From the human T2T-CHM13v2.0 reference genome, Homo sapiens: a stretch of DNA of 64,000 nucleotides. The notes beneath the pieces were generated by a model. That model ran no database searches. It saw nothing but the letters and a program-made list of their open reading frames with translations, and had not been told where the DNA came from. Shown here one piece after another: positions 19,505 to 34,159 of this stretch. Made by a program: the position numbers and the translations under genes. Each line of letters opens with the position of its first letter. Position 1 is the stretch's first letter. The stretch is taken from the NCBI RefSeq assembly GCF_009914755.1, contig NC_060930.1; one strand, written 5' to 3'.

Positions 19505-19640
19505 CATTTAAGTCTCACATTGATGTTGTAAGGAAGATACTGTTTTTACCCTATTTTATAGATGAAAAAATGGAGGCCTAGGGAAATTGAGAACATTGCC
19601 CAAGGTCACATGGCTAGTGAGTGGCAGAGTCACCATTCCA
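19505..19640 (-). mobile_element. MIR fragment
   Basis: MIR core-like ATTTTATAGATGAAAAAATGGAGGC...TTGCCCAAGGTCACATGGCTAGTGAGTGGCAGAG. Confidence 0.75.
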
Positions 19641-20289
19641 ACCACAGAACTGTACAGTAAAGTACTAGCTTCTCTTGAATGAGAGGCAGTGCAGTGTCTA
19701 ACTAAAGAGATGCCCCAGGCAAGGAGGCAGAAGGCAAGGTTTAGTTCCATGAATGCCTCTCCACCTCAATTCATTCAACCACAGTGTAAAAAGAAAAAGA
19801 AATGCCTGTTTTGGTTATCTCACAGAGTATTTGCAAGTCTAATTTATGAAGTCCTGTGAAGGCTGAGAAGCTGCTTTCTGCTGTGCTAGTTTGGGAATTG
19901 TTCATCCAGACTAGTTGATTTCTTTCTGGCCTCCAGCTGGTTAAAGTTGGGGGCTCCCTTCTTCTGGTCCTTGGGAGGGATCTCCTCTGTCAGAGTCAGG
20001 TGTGGAGTGTGTGGGCCATGGCCCACGTTGGGTAAGCTGGGTTTCTCAGGGTGCAGGGAGAGTACCAGGAAGAAACCTGATCTCCTAGAATCTTCAAAGT
20101 TCATTAGCTGTTCACTTTAATACAATGGAGCATTTATTTCTTTGTGTTTTTATTATTTCTGATTATTGTAGCTAGGTTTCATTTTAGTATATTTAAGACT
20201 TGGATTTTTTTGTCTTAGCTTAGCTTAAAAGTAAACATGTTGAGCCTGTTCCTCTGATTTAAGGAAATTAGAACACTGAAAATGTTTAA

Positions 20290-20436
<147 letters not shown>

Positions 20437-21244
20437 TGAATGATACTCATCTGTCTGGCTATGATCGTTTCCTTTTCTTGTGATGAGAAATAACAGGAAG
20501 CTGACCTCTGTGGTAAAGTAAATGTTACCCTGTTAATTTCCTTCATGAACCTGTTGAGGGGCTGTTTTGAGTGCATCAAGAAACTAACCAAACATTTTTT
20601 TTTCTTTTTGCCTATCATATATACCATTTGCAAATTGTTTGAAATATTTAGTCATTTCAGAACATCTCTACAACTGTTCCTTAAAGGCATTAGTTTTGCT
20701 TTTTTCTATATCATTCTGTCTCACTATTTAAACACTTTCTCAGATGTCACTCGTGGATGAACCTGTGATAATTCCTGACTGTATATAGTAGATCCAAACT
20801 CCTTAGTGTAATGTCAAAGGCTCGTCATCTGGTTGGCTTCAGAATGTGACCACTTTTTATTTATCCCAAGGGCTGTTCTCTTCCAGAAAACTGAATTTTC
20901 ATGCTCTGCCACAAATGTGGCAGCCAAAGTCCCATCCTAAGCCTCCATTCCTCTTCTTCACCCTCCCTGGGATGCTTTCCCACCTCTCTTTTGTCTTTCA
21001 AGATCTGATTCAAAACTCATCTCTTCTAAGGAACTTACTTTTGTTAAATCTTGCATTGTCTTTTTGTTCACTTACTACAGAATCATACAAGCTGTAGGTT
21101 TACTTAAGGTCTTATTTTTTAAGATGTTACTATATCGTTTTGTACTTATTGTACTTTTTTCTGAGTCATTTTATACAGTTAGATACACACACACTTTCTC
21201 AGAGTATAAGTTTGTTTACAAGTTATTGCCATTCATATTATTTT

Positions 21245-21737
<493 letters not shown>

Positions 21738-22089
21738 TGCCATTCATATTATTTTGCAGTTTTTTCTGCTCTGCCACCTGCACTGTGCGTGGTGCTCTTT
21801 TCACAGCCGTTTTATGAATGTATATTGACTTGACAACTCTTGAGGAGTGAAAGGCTTTGGAGAAAGCTCAGGCAGGGATGTTATATGCCAAGATTAAGGA
21901 TCACTAATATTTGATATTAAGTTGCAGGTCTTTTGTGTCTCTTTCACATCAAATGTTGCTGGTTACTGAGTACACATTATATTCTAGACATTGTTACATG
22001 TTTCTATCAAGTACCAGCCAAGAGATTTTAAAAATTACATCTTTAAGTATCATTGCTATAGACTTTACTGGCTTTAGATATAAGGATAA

Positions 22090-22290
<201 letters not shown>

Positions 22291-22862
22291 TGATGATTTT
22301 TGCTCTTATGGGTATTCTAAATACAGCAGTTTGTACTACTTGGAAATTGGATGAATTTAGTCCTGGGGGGAGGCACACTGCTCACATGACTGAGTGCTGA
22401 ATGTTCACTGGGGCATGGGAATTCCTTTGGTGGTTACCTACATACCTTGAGATGTAAGCCATGGGATCTGCATCTCTTGCTTCATAGAACAAATGTTACA
22501 TAAAATATTTCTGTAAGTAAAATTTTCAACAGTGAACTATTTTTCAGTATTGAATAGAAACAGACATTTTTTTCTTATAGATTACATACTAACATTTTTA
22601 TAAAAATAGTATTGTATTATAGTTATTCGCTCACAAATCTTTTATTACTATTTTGGGAGCTTCTTCAGATCAAGGATTTATGCTTTATCTTTTAAGAAAC
22701 CAATACTATGTATTTATGGCATTTTATTTTCAGTTAATGTAGTTAACTACAATCATAAGACAATAAAAAAGAACTAACTACTAGTGTATATGTCTTTGGA
22801 AGTAATCCCTTTGTTATAGTTTGCATTGTTTGCACTTGTTTATTTGAATTTTAGGGTACCCA

Positions 22863-23411
22863 TGACAGGGGTCCCCCAAGACTAGTCCCAGATTTCAGTG
22901 ATTCACTAGGAGAACTGAAAGGACTCTGCCTATTGTATTCTGGCTATAATTTATTATGGTGAAAGGATATAAAGTGACATTAACAAAGGGAAAAGGCAAA
23001 AGGGGCAAAGTCCAGAGGAAACCAGGCACAAGCTTCCAGAGTCTTCTCCTCAGTGGAGTTGCATAGAACACACTTAATTCCCCAAGAAACAGATTGTGAA
23101 GCATGGGTGAAATGTTGCCAGCCAAGGAAGCATGTTGGAGACTCTGTTTTTTTACTGGAGGCTGGTCACATAGGCAGCCTCTGCCTGACATATACCAAAA
23201 TTCTTGACTTCCAGAGGGAAAGAAGGTATTCAGGAAAAACCATATTATTTCTACAAACCATTTCAGCACAGTTAGTCACTCTTATCAGTTCTGGGAATGG
23301 TGGAAACCCTCCTGAAATTTAAGTTGCCAGACATTGGCCAAGGGCCAACCTTATAAGCAGGACTTTCTAAGGATAGCAGTTAGGCCTGTTAGGTTAACTC
23401 TTTTCTGCACA
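22863..23411. mobile_element. MER21-like LTR
   Basis: GGGGTCCCCCAAGACT...GATTCACTAG...GTCCAGAGGAAACCAGGCACAAGCTTCCAGAGTC resembles MER21. Confidence 0.65.
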
Positions 23412-23987
23412 GCACCTTCTTTTAAATAATTAAAATATTAACATCATCTATAGAATTTATAACAAAACATATTCCTATGTATTCATTGCACATGGAGAAA
23501 ATAAGTAGTCTCTAAAAGGAAATCTACAAAACCAACCAAAGAAATATAACAAAGCCTCTATGAATAAAAGCTGGGGGAGGTAGAGAATCCTAATGTTGAG
23601 TTGGGAAGGCTAAGGCTTGGAAGATTTTATTAGAAAGATGCCCTACAATTATTATTCATGTGTATAGAGACCAAACAGGAATTGGGTTTGAATGAAAGCA
23701 AGGGAGATTTTGGTTGAGCATGGGTAACAAAATGCCAGAGTGGACACTCAGGCAAATTAAAATGCCCCTTTCCTGGACTGTCTTTGAGGAGAGTGTGGTA
23801 AGCAGTCTGCCTCAGTCATTTGCATGTTCACTTACCTGAAAGAATGAGAGTAGGCAGGATCAGCTGATTTTTCAGGAGCCTTCAGCTCTATTACTTTAAT
23901 TCTATGATTCTTAACAAGGATCTGGTACTGAAAATAAATATGTATTCTGCCATTAAGTTTTTTAAAAGTGTTTATTTTTAAACACAG

Positions 23988-24033
23988 GTGGAATGAACTA
24001 GGAGGATGTGTGATTCCCACTGGTCGCCTGCAG
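23988..24033 (+). CDS. FIG4: FIG4 exon 13 WNELGGCVIPTGRLQ
   Basis: aacacag|G TGG...CTG CAG|gtatac. Confidence 0.95.
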
Positions 24034-24207
24034 GTATACACAGTATTACAATTCGTAATGAATAGAATCTGTATCCATTGTGTACTGTATGTTTTCTGTA
24101 AGCAATCATGGAAAGACCTGTATCTTATTTAATGCAGAATTATTATTTGAGAATGATTGTTAAAAGCCTTACTTCTAGTCTTTAATGCTTATGAAAAATG
24201 TGTAGCT

Positions 24208-24556
<349 letters not shown>

Positions 24557-24943
24557 TTAAATGTTATTACTGGAAATAGAAACACAAACAAGAACATGAA
24601 AAGAATAAGTTAGAGTGACTTTGGAAAAGACGCCAAGTGTATATACTATATATGTTAACTATGCTTTAAGAATGATATGGCCCTAACCACTGAATATTTA
24701 CACTGTATAATAAGGAGATAGGTCAGAAAAAAGCCCATATTTTGCTAACTGGTAAATTAGCAAATTGTCAGCTATTTGTTTTATTTTGTTAAACTAACAA
24801 AGTAAATTCAAATATAGACCAGAAGATTTAACGGTGCTGTTACAGCAATGTATAACCTTATGCAACTTTAAACATGTTCTTTATTATTTTGACTTTACAT
24901 AAAACTGAATAATATTTGTTCAGGAATAATACCTGCCCACAGA

Positions 24944-24985
24944 CTTTTTTTGTTTTTGTTTTTGTTTTTGTTTTTGTTTTTGTTT
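24944..24985. repeat. (TTTTTG)n microsatellite
   Basis: Direct reading. Confidence 0.9.
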
Positions 24986-25063
24986 CTTAAAGAAATCTAA
25001 AGTAGTATGGAAGTTCTTTGGTGATGGAATAATGATTGAAAATCTTAAGGTATTTCTCTTTAG

Positions 25064-25213
<150 letters not shown>

Positions 25214-25344
25214 TAAGTCTTATTTTTTGCTATTTGAATGCTGATAATGGCAGAAGGCAAACCTGGTTACTAATAAGATTTTTTTATGAAAGCGTTTCTA
25301 CTTTTAGCTTCTCAAAAATTATGTTGCTAGAAAACATTATTCAA

Positions 25345-25555
25345 ACTCGTTCTGTTTTTCTTATATTTTCTTCTAGTAGTTTTATAGTTTTTGGTCTTAT
25401 GTTTAAGTCTTTAATCTGTCTTGAGTTGGTTTTTGTATACGTTAAGAGACGGGTTCAGTTTCATTCTTCAGCATATGAATATCCAATTTTCCCAGCACCC
25501 ATTTGTTGAAGAGGGTGTCCTTTCCCCAGTGGATGTTCTTGGTGTCTTAGAATAA
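25345..25555 (-). mobile_element. Old L1 (L1M) fragment
   Basis: TTTTCTTCTAGTAGTTTTATAGTTT...ATCCAATTTTCCCAGCACCCATTTGTTGAAGAG. Confidence 0.75.
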
Positions 25556-26046
25556 ATATTTCTATTAAAAATTTGTGTATTCTTGCCATGGTTTGGGCTT
25601 TGGGTTTTTCTTCTGTTGTTGTTGTTGTTTTTGCTTGTGTTAATTATGAATAAACACCACATTCTTTAGATAAATCCAAAGTACTTAGACAAACTAGTGG
25701 GCATTGTTTTAAAACAAATCCAGATGGCATTTTAAAAAAGAGTACTGTGTCTTCATACATACTAAAAATCTAAGATGTATAAAAGATTGATTTTTCATTA
25801 AGGATTACTATTTCTTCACTGTCTATTGGATCTATGACAGTCCATGAAGTATTATTTTTTTGAAAATACAATTAATGATAGCTGATACTGGTCATCGGAA
25901 ATTGTCATAAAGGCTCAGCTGAGGAAAGTAATCAGTTTACAAATGGCCACACCAACAGATATCACTGCACTGGAAATATTAACAGACACTTGAAGAAACA
26001 CAGGTTTCAAAAGTACATATCTAAGAAAGAATATGGTTTCTTAGTC

Positions 26047-26402
26047 TGCTGTGATCTGAATGTTTGTGTCTTCCCTAAGTTCATACGTTGAAACCCTAAC
26101 CCCCAAATGGTTGGTATTAGGAGGTGGGACCTTTGGAAAATGAGTAGAGCTGAGAGGAACCGTCATGACTGGGATTAGTGTCCTTATTATAAAAGACTGA
26201 AGAGAGCTAGCTAGCCCCTTCCATCATGTGAGGACACAGTGAGAAGACCATCTGTGATCTAGGAAATGGGCCCTCACCAGACACTACATCTACCAGCTCC
26301 TTGATCTTGTACTTCCCAGCCTCCAGAAATGTGAGAAATGTTTGCTGTTTATAAGCCACCCAGTTTATGGTGTCTTGTTGCAGCAGCTCGAATGGACTGA
26401 CA
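26047..26402 (+). mobile_element. MLT1-type MaLR LTR
   Basis: TGAATGTTTGTGTC...CTTCCCAGCCTCCAGAAATGTGAGAAATG...TTTATAAGCCACCCAGTTTATGG. Confidence 0.8.
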
Positions 26403-26759
26403 CCGTGACAGGAGCATATTCTTTTTTCAGAGGCAATTCAGAGAGCACAGTACATTCCGTTACGGGAAGTGAATTGCTCTGGCAGGCTGCAGAAAGTTAG
26501 GAGTCTTTAAGTGTGGTTAGAAACAACCTGGTCTGGCTTTGGTGGGCCATGTTTTTGGTGCCCCTGCTTCCATTTTAGTGTTTTCTATGGCTTTGGTGTT
26601 TACTGGAATATCACTCTAAAATATATTAGCGTTTGCATTTATTTGCAAGATATTGAAGAATCTAACTTGAAAGGCTCAGAAGAATTTTTAAAGTATAAGA
26701 CTTGTTTGGAGTTTGGCTAAGTGAATAACTTGTGCTTTGATTTTGGTGAAATTCTTTAA

Positions 26760-27008
<249 letters not shown>

Positions 27009-27638
27009 TAAAGCTATCTGGCTAAGTGAAATTAAAATTTAATATTTTAAAAGTTTAAATAAAACAGTCTGTCACTTAGAAGGTGCTCAGTAAATATTTG
27101 TCCAATAAATGAATGAATAAACATTTGTATTTTAAATAGGACACTTTTGCATTTTGGCACCCATAATTAGAGTTTTTATATAATGCAACACACTTTAATT
27201 CCTTGGCTTCTGTCTCTTTCTATTTTTCTGCTTGCAGTATATAGATAAAATTTTTTGAGGGTGTTGAGTCATTTTTTTAAATAGGGTTCAAAGTCTCGAC
27301 AATTGTCTAAGAATGTAAATATCACTGAATTTTTAAAATGTCAACTAGAAACAAATTGTGATATTAGCACTAAATTATACTCATTAAATTCTACTGTTTT
27401 ATGACTTGTGAATACTACATGTAACAGGGTGTTGAAATGGTGCTTTTCCTGCCTCCATTCTGATGGAATTGCCAATACAATAGGTATCACAGACCAAAGT
27501 GATTGTGAGACAAACCCCCATGCACAGAATTTATGAAGGAAGTGCTCAGTGATTGATTTCATGAGTCTTCAGCTCTTGTACCAGATTAAGGATAGAAAAG
27601 TTTACATAATATGGAGAAGATTAGTAAAGAGGTCCTTG

Positions 27639-27954
<316 letters not shown>

Positions 27955-28479
27955 CTATTGCCTGCAATAACACCCACCCTCAGTGAAAAGAGAGTGGGCT
28001 TCAACAGGACTCTGGGTGAGCTTGACATGGTATCCTGCTGTTGAAGAGACGCAGCATGTAGGCCTTGGACTGTTGCACAGCAGATCTGAAGCAGAGGGAT
28101 GGGCTGAGGAGAGTGTGCCACATTGGGAATTGTCTGCATTCCTCCAGTTGGGTGGGCCAAAGGATACTTGAGTGTTGACTGGTAACCGGATGTGGGCCTC
28201 GTGGAGGAGGGTGCCAGCATGGGGTTGGCCTGGGTCCTGGCCAGTAAGGCCCCTGGAAGGACAGAGAGACCTTAGCAGCAAGATCCAGGAGGTAAACACT
28301 GGATACCTAAGGAGCCAAGGAAGGAATTATAAGAAACTGCCTGATAAAAGGGAATTGTAAGAGAGTCCCCAGTGCTGGCAGCTTCAGAAGCATCTGGGAA
28401 AGCATCCATCAGAGTCAGCTGTCCACATTTTCTAGGCCCAGAGAGTTTGCAAAGCTGGTCTGTTATGCTCCTGTCCAAC

Positions 28480-29010
28480 TGTATTAGTTTTCTGCGCTGT
28501 GTAACAAATGACTGTAAATGTAGCAGCTTAAAACAGTACACATGCATTATCTCACAATTTCTGTGCATCAGAAATTTATGCACAACTTAACTGGGTCCCC
28601 TGCTTAGGGTCTCTCAAGGCTGCCATTGAGAAAGAACCACTTCCCAGCCCACGTGCTGGCAGAATTCAGTTCCTTGTGGCTGTAGGACTCATAGCAGCGT
28701 GCTTCTTCACAGCTGACAATAGGATGAGTGTGCTGGCAAGACTGAGTCTTACAAATGTAATGTAATAATGGGAGTGACATCCCGTCATCTTTGCCATATT
28801 TCTTTGGTCAGGAGCAAATCATAGGTGCCCCTGCCCACACACACGGGGGAAATCCACATCCATTTCCTAGGGCTGCTGTATCAAAACAGCACAAACCGGT
28901 GGCTCAAAACAATAGAAATGTATTGTCTTGCAGTTCGGGAGGCTAGGAGTCTGAAATCTAAGTGTTGACAGGGCCATGCTCCCTCTGAAAACCCAGAGAG
29001 GAGAATCCTC
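28480..29010 (-). mobile_element. MLT1-type LTR fragments
   Basis: TGTATTAGTTTTCTGCG..., TTTCCTAGGGCTGCTGTATCAAAACAGCACAAAC...; approximate boundaries. Confidence 0.65.
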
Positions 29011-29122
29011 ATCGGCTACTTCTGTCATGTGCTAATACGTACATATCCCTCAGGGTGTATATCACCATGAAAAAGGGCATCTGTTCTTTTGCCCTCTCCT
29101 GTGGTCGTTGTCCCTGTAATAG

Positions 29123-29320
<198 letters not shown>

Positions 29321-29688
29321 TGACTGTGTAGCTGTCCATGTTTAAAAAAGAAAGGAGTAATATAAAAGATAAAGATATTCTGAGAAAATGATGTGCACAA
29401 ATGGAAAGGTAAGGCAAAATTATGCACAACTGAAAGAGGAACTACCGTGAAAGGAATGATTTTATGAATAATGTGGCTAAAACAGGCTTCTTTATTTTAA
29501 GAAGCATGATATCATTGGGGTGTACAACTTATTTTTAAATTACAATGGGTATTATATAATGGTGGCAATATAGAAGAATTTTCTTTAAACCACTCAAGAC
29601 AACTTTGCAAAACTTAATCAATCTTTTCATGTTATGCCTCTGGGCTAGGCAGGAACATACTGATAAACTAGATTAAAAAAAAAAAAAA

Positions 29689-29990
29689 GCGCTGGGCACA
29701 GTGGCTCACACTTGTAATCCTGCACTTTGGGAGACCAAGACAGGAGGGCTGCTTGGCCCAGGAGTTTGAGACCAGCCTGGGCAACATAGTGAGATCCCAT
29801 CTCTACAACAAATACAAAAATTAACCAGGCATGGTAGTGCACACCTGTAGTCCCAGCTATGTGAGAGCCTAAGGGCAGAGGATCCCCTGAGCCCAGGAGT
29901 TCGAGGCTGCAGTGAACTATGATCATTCCATTGTACTCTAGCCTGGGTGACAGAGTGAGACTGTCTCTCAAAAAACAAGCAAACAAAAGC
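29689..29990 (+). mobile_element. AluJ
   Basis: Dimeric Alu with J-type GAGGCTGCAGTGAACTATGATC. Confidence 0.88.
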
Positions 29991-30540
29991 AACCAGAATA
30001 GTGAAATTAGGTTGTTAGGAATTTTACCCTTGGTTTATGTGGATGGACTGATGCTATGGGGTCAACTCACCTGACCCTTTTTTCTATTCATTTTAAAAAC
30101 TGTTCTTGAGGCTTCACATGCTAGCATGCATGTTGGTCTAGGAAGCACCTTTTAGTTTTTAATATAACTAGTTACATAGGGAGTTGGAGGATGCTTTACA
30201 GGGAAAGCATAGGTATCTCTTCAGATGTTAGGGAGAGCTTTTAATTCCCTTAAGGGCCTTGCTAAGCTCTTTCTATTTTTTTTTAAATGCAAATTTTTAA
30301 GCCTGGATTTTCTTGCTGGAGCTTGTTGAATTTAAATCCTATTATAAAAAAAAGATAAGAAACCTACAGCAGTTAATAATAGATCTGCTGTATATACGTG
30401 TGTGTGTGTGTATATATATGCCTAACATAAATATGTACACCCACATGCGTGTGCATAATTTGAATGTAGTGAATGTGTGTATGCATGCATGGAGGGGAAT
30501 CATGTTCTCAACAGGGATCTAAAGAGAAAAGCTCCCAAGG

Positions 30541-30908
30541 TGTGTTAGGTTGTTTTTGCGTTGCTATAAAGAAATACCTGAGACTGAGTAATTTCATAAA
30601 GAAGAGAGGTTGAATTGGCCCATGATTTTGCAGGTTGTACAGGAAACATCGTGCCATTATCTTCTCAGTTTCTAGGTGGGGCCTCAGGGAACTTTTAATC
30701 CTGGCAGAAGAAGGGGGAGCAGGTGTCTCACATGGCAAGGGGTGAGGGGAAGGAGGTGCCACACACTTTTAAACAACCAGATCTCTTGAGAACTCACTAT
30801 CGCAAGGAGTGCATCAACCCAAACACCTTCCGCCAGACTCCATCTCCAAAATTGTGGATTACATTTCAACACCAGAGTTCGGCAGAGACAAATATCCAAA
30901 CTATATCA
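30541..30908 (-). mobile_element. MST-type MaLR solo LTR
   Basis: TGTGTTAGG...ATCCAAACTATATCA; TSD CAAGG/CAGGG. Confidence 0.85.
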
Positions 30909-31484
30909 CAGGGTCAGGGTTTCAAAGCTTATCACGTGTGGAAGACAGTGATCCCAGAAGATGGTGCTGAGGTGGCTTCACCTGGCATTATGATAGTACT
31001 CTAAAGGACTGCCAGCAGTTTCTTCCCCTTTCTGCTCACTGCTGAAAGAGGGACATCAAAGGGAACATGCTGAGAACATTTTAATTTATCAAGAATAGTG
31101 AGATAGCCTTCTGAGGTTATCCTTCAAACAGCAGATTGTGAGTGAATAAGCTGTATTTGGCAATAGCAGAAATAAAACAGTTGGAAAAATGTTTTGTTTT
31201 AATAACGTTTGTTTTAATACCCTTGGTAACTTTTGTTAAAGCCCAACTCTTCACCTCTTCTGCAACCAAAGCAGTTGTACATGGCAAGAGAAAAGTTTGT
31301 AATTTATTACTCTTAAACAGACTACAGTTCTCCAAAGGACAACGGACTGTCCTGTGACATTTCCATAGTAAGTTCATTCTTCCCCTCTCCAAAATGACTA
31401 TTTCATAACTTGTCCTCTCTCCTTAAAACTACAACACCTCAGTCTCATCTGATGACCTTGCTTCGTGCTTCAGTGAGAAAATAA

Positions 31485-31730
<246 letters not shown>

Positions 31731-31744
31731 CTTCCTCTAATTCT

Positions 31745-32490
31745 ACCATCAAATGCAGAGGGCGTCCTTTTCTGCACCCATAGTTTCTACCCTATATTGT
31801 ATTACAATGCTTGTGGTGGCCCTGCTCCATCTTAAGTGAAACCTTGCCTTTTTCTTTGAATCCCATGCCTTCTTGTGTTCCCTAACTATATGCTTGTTGC
31901 TGTACATCATCAGTTTCTCTGTCTCTAATGCATCATTGCCATTAACATAAAAGCATACCTTAGCATTTTCCATCCACCCTTTCCAGCTATTCCTAATCCC
32001 ACATGCCCCTCCAGCCACAGTCCTATTTTTCTGCTCTCATGAGCAAAACCTCTTGAAAGGGTTGTCTCCACTGTGTTCTCTCTACCTGCTCCACTTGGCA
32101 ACTGCCCTGCCATGACACCGAAACTGTACTTGTCCAGGTTACCAACAATTCCCACATTGCCAAATCTAATGTTTACTCTTCTGACTCCATCTTACTCAAC
32201 CTTTCAACAACTTTCATCACAGTTGACCACTTCCTCTTTCTTAAACTTCACTTTGTGAGATCTCTCAGTGGGATATTGAGATCTCTGTCAATAGGAGAGA
32301 GTCTCAGTCTCCTATTGACTTCCCCTGCTGTGTTTCTAAACCTTTCTCTTTTTCCAGTTTTGTCCTAGGGATATCACATTCAGCTTTTGACTACCATGCA
32401 TTTGACACTCAGATTTTTAGCTCTAACTTTAACTTCTCATGAACTCCAGACTCATTTATCTAAATGTCTACCTAGCATCTCTGCTGGGAT
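31745..32490 (+). mobile_element. L2 fragments
   Basis: Pyrimidine-rich L2 body (CCACATTGCCAAATCTAATG, AACTCCAGACTCATTTATCTAAATGTCTACCTAGCATCTC); approximate. Confidence 0.6.
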
Positions 32491-32499
32491 ATTGAATTA

Positions 32500-32800
<301 letters not shown>

Positions 32801-32809
32801 ATTGAATTA

Positions 32810-33420
32810 GTTTTTTATCATTGCCATGACAAATTACTACAAACTCAGTGGTTTAAAACAATACCCATTATCTTAGAGTTTCTGAGGATCAGAAGTCTAT
32901 GGACACAGCATTACTGAGCTGTATTCTCTGCTTAGGTTCTCACAAGACTAGAGTAAAAATGATGTCACATGACGTTAAAATGAAGTCAAAATGTCAGCTG
33001 ACCTGGGCTTTTACCTGGAGGCTTCCTGGCTCATTCTCATTGTTGGCAGAATTCCATGCAGCTATTGGACTGATGTCCCATGTCCTTGCTGGCAGTTGGC
33101 TGGGGGCCACTGTCAGTTCCTAGAGGCTGCTGCATTTCTTGGCTTGTGGCCTGCTCTATTTTAAAGCCTACCACAGTGCACCAAATACATCTTGTGCTTC
33201 AAATCTCTCTGCCTTCCCCTCCTGCCTTCCTCTTCAGCCTCTAAAGGATTAATGTGATTACAGTGGACCCAACCAGATGATTTAGGATTTTTCTATCTTG
33301 CAGTTGATGATGAGTAACCTTAATTACATCTGCAAAGTCCTTTTTACCATGTAGTAGAAAATATTCATGGTATGATACTAGGGAGCAAAGGTCTTGGGGG
33401 CCAAATTTCTTCCTACCACA
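32810..33420 (-). mobile_element. MLT1-type LTR
   Basis: CAAATTACTACAAACTCAGTGGTTTAAAACAA...TTAATTACATCTGCAAAGTCCTTTTT...CCTACCACA. Confidence 0.7.
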
Positions 33421-33724
33421 GAAATCTAACAAAATCACAAACTTACCATTTCTGAGACAGAAACTCTTGACTCTGTCTCAAGTCCGTTTCTCTACTTGTT
33501 TTTTCTACTTCAATACCCATTGATCAATTCAGAAAACCTAGGAATTCTCCCTGCATTATTTCTTTTCCTCATCACTGTTCCCCAATCCCATCTGTCAACA
33601 AATCTTGTTGGTTATACCTCCAAAATAATATCTTCTGTGTTTCATCCCTACTTCTGACACGCTAGTCCACACAGCCACGGCCATCCACTGTTATCTGGAT
33701 GGCTGCAGGGGTTTGCTATTCTTG

Positions 33725-34159
33725 TTGTTTGTTTGTTTGAGTGAAGTCTTACCCTGCCACCCAGATTGGAGTGCAGTGGTGCTATCACAGCTTACTGCAG
33801 CCTTGACTTCCCAGACTCAAGTGATTTTCCCACCTCAGCCTCCTGAGTAGCTGGGACCACACTCGTCTAATTTTTATTTATTTATTTATTTATTTTTTCT
33901 GTAGAGATAGGGTCTCCCTATGTTGCCCAGGCTGGTTCCTAACTCCTGGGCTCAAGTGATCCTCCCTCTTTCCAGCCTTCCAAGTAGCTGGGACTATAGG
34001 CGTGTGCCACCATGCCCAGCTCATATTTTTTATTATTTTTGTAGAGACAGAATCTCCCTGTGTTCCCCAGGCTGGTCTCAATCTTGTGAGCTCAAGCGAT
34101 CTGCCTGCCTAGGCCTCCCAAAGTGCTGGGATTACAGGCATGAGCCTCCATGCCTGGCC
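33725..34159 (-). mobile_element. Composite AluJ (rearranged arms)
   Basis: Several Alu arm segments in tandem. Confidence 0.8.
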